This document shows positions 60,028 through 64,000 of a stretch of DNA of 64,000 bases, piece by piece. Origin of the DNA: Ferruginibacter sp. (lineage in GTDB: Bacteria > Bacteroidota > Bacteroidia > Chitinophagales > Chitinophagaceae). The DNA lies in contig JAXLUF010000008.1 in assembly GCA_046329685.1 (NCBI GenBank), positions 7,108 through 71,107 on the forward strand. Reading direction: 5' to 3'. Positions within the stretch are counted from its first letter, which is position 1. Every line of letters starts with the position of its first letter. The position numbers were made by a program, and so were the translations under genes. A model generated the notes under the pieces. It saw only the letters and a list, made by a program, of their open reading frames with translations. It was not told the DNA's origin and did no database searches.

Positions 60028-63000
60028 TTTCAGCTTTTTTTAGTGTTAATATCAGGGTAAAATCCTCCGCCGTATCGGAGGTCTTGATGGTTCCGATTTT
60101 TGAGTTCTCCAGTATATTCCGGATCATACCCAGACCGCCGCTGGTTGTTTTTCGCTGACTGGAATAATTGACGATACTGGCTTTCCTGTTCTTAAAGAAA
60201 AATGTATTTGTGTCGGCCAAATACTCGATTTCGAGCCGGCGGTCTCCGTACCGGGGTGAATACTTCTTCATATTCCGGATCACTTCCGGAATGATCACTT
60301 CTTTTACAACCTTGCTCATGGCGAGATGCTGAAAACTAAATCCGGTAAGGGTTACTTTTTCAAACGGAATCTTATAAGATCCCACCCGGGTTGATTCGAA
60401 GAGCAGGCGGATGGTCTTTACAATTTCCACCTGCGAATAGCGCACCTGCTTCCTGATATTGTCGGAGCTTTCTACCTGTAATAATTGCCCTTTAATAGCA
60501 TTTATAATGATATTAAAAAGCTCTGTTTTGTCTTCACTGATTTTCGACTCCTGGTTGATTTCATCAAACAGGTACTCGAGGTGATCGGTGTATTCAGATA
60601 TGCCATGCCGCAAACTGCTCTGATAATTGTTTGCATTACGCCTTTGCAGAACGTCAATAAAGGCATCATTGTCAAACTGTTTTTGGAGATAGGCCAGGAG
60701 CTCGGTTTTCAGCAATAAAACCAGCCGCACCTTCTCATTGCTGACGAATTCCCAGAAACTGGTTTTGGGGGCATTGTTTTTGGGAACAATAACCAGTACT
60801 GCCTGGCCCTCTATCCTGAGCCCGCTGCTGGCTTCCGGACTTATTTCAAAATTGGCAAACCGGAATAACATAGCCATCCGGGCATGATCAAGCAATTTCA
60901 GGCCGGTGCCGGTTTCTTCATTAAAATGATCCTTCTTGAGCATTTCCTCAAACGTCTCATGCCGCACTTCATTTTCCAGCTTAAAATAATATTTCTCTGC
61001 AAATGAAACAGGGGCAGCGTTATCCGCTTTGTAGCAGGCCAGGAACGACTGCACATTCCTGCAATCTTTATCATCATACAGGCCATAAAGCAGCCGGTAC
61101 AGTAACCCCTGGGGGTTTAACATGAGGTTACGCTGATTTTTTTTGGATGGGTCGTTCGTGATGGCATAGATGTTTTCGGAACCCCGGTCGTATTTGCTTT
61201 TCTTCCGGTACTCTACAAAAAAGGCGTAATCAAAACCACTCGTATCCTTTAAAAAGGTGGAGGGAACCTGCGGACTGCTCTTTCCCTGATCTCTCCAGAA
61301 CTCCTGCTGCTCGGGCGCCAGGATTTTCAGCAGGGAGGTTATTATTTCATTCAATTCAATATCAAGATCAAAATCGGCCCTGTGAAAATCTTTCCGGTTC
61401 TTTTTACGTTCCAGCAGGCCGGCGGTATACAGCATGTTGCAAACAGAGTATTTTAAACCCAGGAACGCTTCACTGGTAAGGCCGGCAGCAGCATATCTTG
61501 AATGACTGATCAGCTTGAGGGCACTCAATATGATGGGATCATTTTTCTTCTTCTTGAAATAATACGACAAAATGCTGCGCCGGGAAATAAGGTGCTCCGG
61601 CAGCTCATCTCCTGAAAACTGCAGTAATTGTCTTTTAACATTTTGCTGATGCAGTTCCTTCAGCGAAGTGAGAAGAATGCTGTTTTCGGCTTTCAGCATC
61701 CCTGTAAAATGGAAATAGGGGCTCGAAAGTATATGGGAAATGCCGGCATCATTTTCTGCAAAGGAGCTCCGGTCTATCGGCAATAAGGTGGCTGAGTTCA
61801 GCAGGCTTTCGAGCCGGATAGACCTGTTGGGGTTTCTGACAGACAGTTCCTTGAACTGCATCAGAAGAAAGCGGAAATACCTTTCCACCTGGCTTTGCTT
61901 GTAAGTAATATTATTAACGGCCGTCCGGTGCAGCGCTGCCGAAATTTTGTTTTCAGACCTGAGCGCATCCAGTTTTGCGAGCAGCCGGGAATAATGTTTT
62001 TTGATCTGCACATTCCTGCTTTTGTGATATTGCACCTTGATGCAGCTTAAAAACCGCTCAGAAATAATAAAGTTGGAATTAAGGTCCACAAGCCGCTTTA
62101 TGTAAAACTTCAGTTGCCTGAAAATGTGAAAGGAATGAAGCCCGTCTTTTTCAATCCCCTTATGAATTTGCATAAGCCGGTAAGAACAGTAGCCGAAAAT
62201 GGCAGTGAAGATGTTTTTGTAATAGGTAAAGGGGTAGCGGGAAAGAATTTTTACAATGGTGTCATGGACAATCTCTTCTTCAATTTTCAGGTTACGCAAA
62301 GGAGAGGATTCGGCTTCTTCCCTGACAAAAAACCTGAATACCGAATTCCTGATTTTGTTTTGAATCTTAAAAATTATTTCCACAATAAGCCCCTTAGGAT
62401 CATCCTGGTGTTTTTCAAAAAATCCAATCTTCCCGTATTCTTCTTTGGCGAGCTCCGAATTCAGTTCGTGGGTAAGAAACAGTTTTAACAAATCACTTTT
62501 ATCTCGGGCCAGGTAATGAGAATAAACCTGCAGGCATTCTTCATTGAGGGTTACTTCAATGTCGGAAAACGGGAAATAGTTAAAGGTGCTGCCGGGCCCT
62601 TTCGAGCGGTCGAGTTCGGGAAGAAGTTTCGGATGCTGTAAAATCAGTTCCTCACAAAAGCCCGACCGGACCGTATCCAGGTAACATTGCATTTGCAGCC
62701 GCTGCAGGTCGCGAATGCGCCGTTTGGGCGGGTCGCCCATATGGGTGGCCGAAATGATCGGCACATTTAATTTATAAAAGCAAATAAAGCGGCTGGCATT
62801 TGCTTCCTCATTGTTGTTTTTTTCGGAATGCAGCTTTTTGAGGATTTCATCATATGTAAACAAAGGTGTTCTGTCTACCAGTGTTAACACAAGGTCAAAG
62901 CCGTGGCGTCCCACCTTGTTCGGGGATTCTTTTTTGGCGTGTTTCAGATAATTGCTGATGAGCTTGAATGTTTTCCCGGCCGACATCACATCTTCAAAAT

Positions 63001-64000
63001 AGATCACTTTGATACCCGGGGTGGAGATGGAATTACTGTGGAGGGAGATGAAATTGTCCACAAATTCATTGGATGGCTCAAACGGCAGAATGGTAATCGA
63101 CTTACCCAACAGCGCTTCCGAGATGGAGATGTCTTCAATAAACTTTGAATTATGCTTATTCTCGGCTGTTATAAAAATGATCTCTGTATCCTCCGTGCGC
63201 AGATGCTGTTTCAGCTGATCATTAAAATAGGCCAGGATGGCCGGCTTGTTTTTTTCATAAAAGGCATTACCCCTTATGTAGTTGGTATAGCTGCTTTTAT
63301 TAACCGTTATATGACCATAGAGGTGAGTGCTGCCATACCGTTCATCGGAGGAAAATATGGTATAAAAATCACTTTGTTCCTTTACCCGGCTGAAATTAGG
63401 AAACCCAAAAATCAGGTTGGGGGTTTCATAATTGTCGTGCGTGGGGAATAAGGGTTTTTCATTTTCCTGGCCTCTTATTTCGGGAAAACAGAGCGGGCAT
63501 GACTCGGGCAGGTACATTTCCGAATAGAGTTTCACAATCGGATTGGCAAAATATTCCTTGCCTTCATTATTGTTGAACAGGATCTGGTTGGCCTGTATCT
63601 GCGTCCAGTTAAAAGCCGAATATATCTGGTAAATATTCCGCATTTTTTCATCACTGGCATCCTTATGATCGCTGATAACCACTTTTTCGTTTTCCAGGGG
63701 CTGCAGGGCTTTTTCCAGTATCAGGAAGATATTGATAAACTGATCTTCTACTTCAATATCCGGCCGGTTGAGGTGCGTCCGGACATAATCAAGAATAAAT
63801 TTCCGGAGTTTTATGTACGTGGAACAGGTGCAGGTTACCGGCAGAATAATCAGCAGCTTGTTTTTCAGGATCGGTAAATGCTGCCATACAAACTCGCTGC
63901 CCTCCTGTTCGATGATGGCATAATTATACTTTTCGGATTTTGCCACCACCTTATTAAGAAAGAGCCCTGAGTAGTTCCGGAAACCAATCAAGGTGGTGGC
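59999..64000 (-). CDS. Giant (>1330 aa) protein: tandem phosphoribosyltransferase-like domains, helical region, and C-terminal histidine kinase-like module (N-terminus beyond the window)
   Basis: Frame open at 64000. YLPESCPLC, LYGHIT, VIYFEDVMSAGKT and LVDRT (PyrE-like PRTase); LRHGISEY H-box, EVIRNMKKYS N-box, TSGGLGMI G2-box. Confidence 0.7.
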   Translation of the reverse strand, partial: ATTLIGFRNYSGLFLNKVVAKSEKYNYAIIEQEGSEFVWQHLPILKNKLLIILPVTCTCSTYIKLRKFILDYVRTHLNRPDIEVEDQFINIFLILEKALQPLENEKVVISDHKDASDEKMRNIYQIYSAFNWTQIQANQILFNNNEGKEYFANPIVKLYSEMYLPESCPLCFPEIRGQENEKPLFPTHDNYETPNLIFGFPNFSRVKEQSDFYTIFSSDERYGSTHLYGHITVNKSSYTNYIRGNAFYEKNKPAILAYFNDQLKQHLRTEDTEIIFITAENKHNSKFIEDISISEALLGKSITILPFEPSNEFVDNFISLHSNSISTPGIKVIYFEDVMSAGKTFKLISNYLKHAKKESPNKVGRHGFDLVLTLVDRTPLFTYDEILKKLHSEKNNNEEANASRFICFYKLNVPIISATHMGDPPKRRIRDLQRLQMQCYLDTVRSGFCEELILQHPKLLPELDRSKGPGSTFNYFPFSDIEVTLNEECLQVYSHYLARDKSDLLKLFLTHELNSELAKEEYGKIGFFEKHQDDPKGLIVEIIFKIQNKIRNSVFRFFVREEAESSPLRNLKIEEEIVHDTIVKILSRYPFTYYKNIFTAIFGYCSYRLMQIHKGIEKDGLHSFHIFRQLKFYIKRLVDLNSNFIISERFLSCIKVQYHKSRNVQIKKHYSRLLAKLDALRSENKISAALHRTAVNNITYKQSQVERYFRFLLMQFKELSVRNPNRSIRLESLLNSATLLPIDRSSFAENDAGISHILSSPYFHFTGMLKAENSILLTSLKELHQQNVKRQLLQFSGDELPEHLISRRSILSYYFKKKKNDPIILSALKLISHSRYAAAGLTSEAFLGLKYSVCNMLYTAGLLERKKNRKDFHRADFDLDIELNEIITSLLKILAPEQQEFWRDQGKSSPQVPSTFLKDTSGFDYAFFVEYRKKSKYDRGSENIYAITNDPSKKNQRNLMLNPQGLLYRLLYGLYDDKDCRNVQSFLACYKADNAAPVSFAEKYYFKLENEVRHETFEEMLKKDHFNEETGTGLKLLDHARMAMLFRFANFEISPEASSGLRIEGQAVLVIVPKNNAPKTSFWEFVSNEKVRLVLLLKTELLAYLQKQFDNDAFIDVLQRRNANNYQSSLRHGISEYTDHLEYLFDEINQESKISEDKTELFNIIINAIKGQLLQVESSDNIRKQVRYSQVEIVKTIRLLFESTRVGSYKIPFEKVTLTGFSFQHLAMSKVVKEVIIPEVIRNMKKYSPRYGDRRLEIEYLADTNTFFFKNRKASIVNYSSQRKTTSGGLGMIRNILENSKIGTIKTSDTAEDFTLILTLKKAENEPKKHITD

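Overview
Bacterial chromosomal DNA, most likely Bacteroidota (Chitinophagaceae-like). This rests on TAnnTTTG -7 promoter motifs, an IPExxxVDY protein, a padR-pspC operon and a futalosine-type mqnC. Bases 1-4.8 kb hold an O2-tolerant-type membrane-bound [NiFe]-hydrogenase operon. Divergent from it are a mini HupE/UreJ-like ORF and the start of hypA. Most of 4.8-54 kb is core metabolism and housekeeping: acyl-CoA carboxylase, an M16 peptidase pair, mqnC, a haloperoxidase/FG-GAP pair, feoB, padR-pspC, gcvT, SWIM-SNF2, selD/selU, rho, asnS, a fused 2-oxoacid dehydrogenase E1, a TonB receptor, psuK/psuG and a heme oxygenase. The last ~10 kb is accessory. It holds a PRMT-like methyltransferase, a secreted protein with a Cys-clamped long beta-hairpin, and a collapsed REP/RAYT remnant. 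The best candidate for an undescribed system is an AT-richer, overlapping gene pair at the right end: a giant soluble protein (tandem PRTase domains, helical region, possible GAF, histidine kinase) and a receiver domain fused to a 4-TM membrane domain. No rRNA, tRNA or CRISPR array was seen. All calls come from motif recognition by eye; no database search was run.
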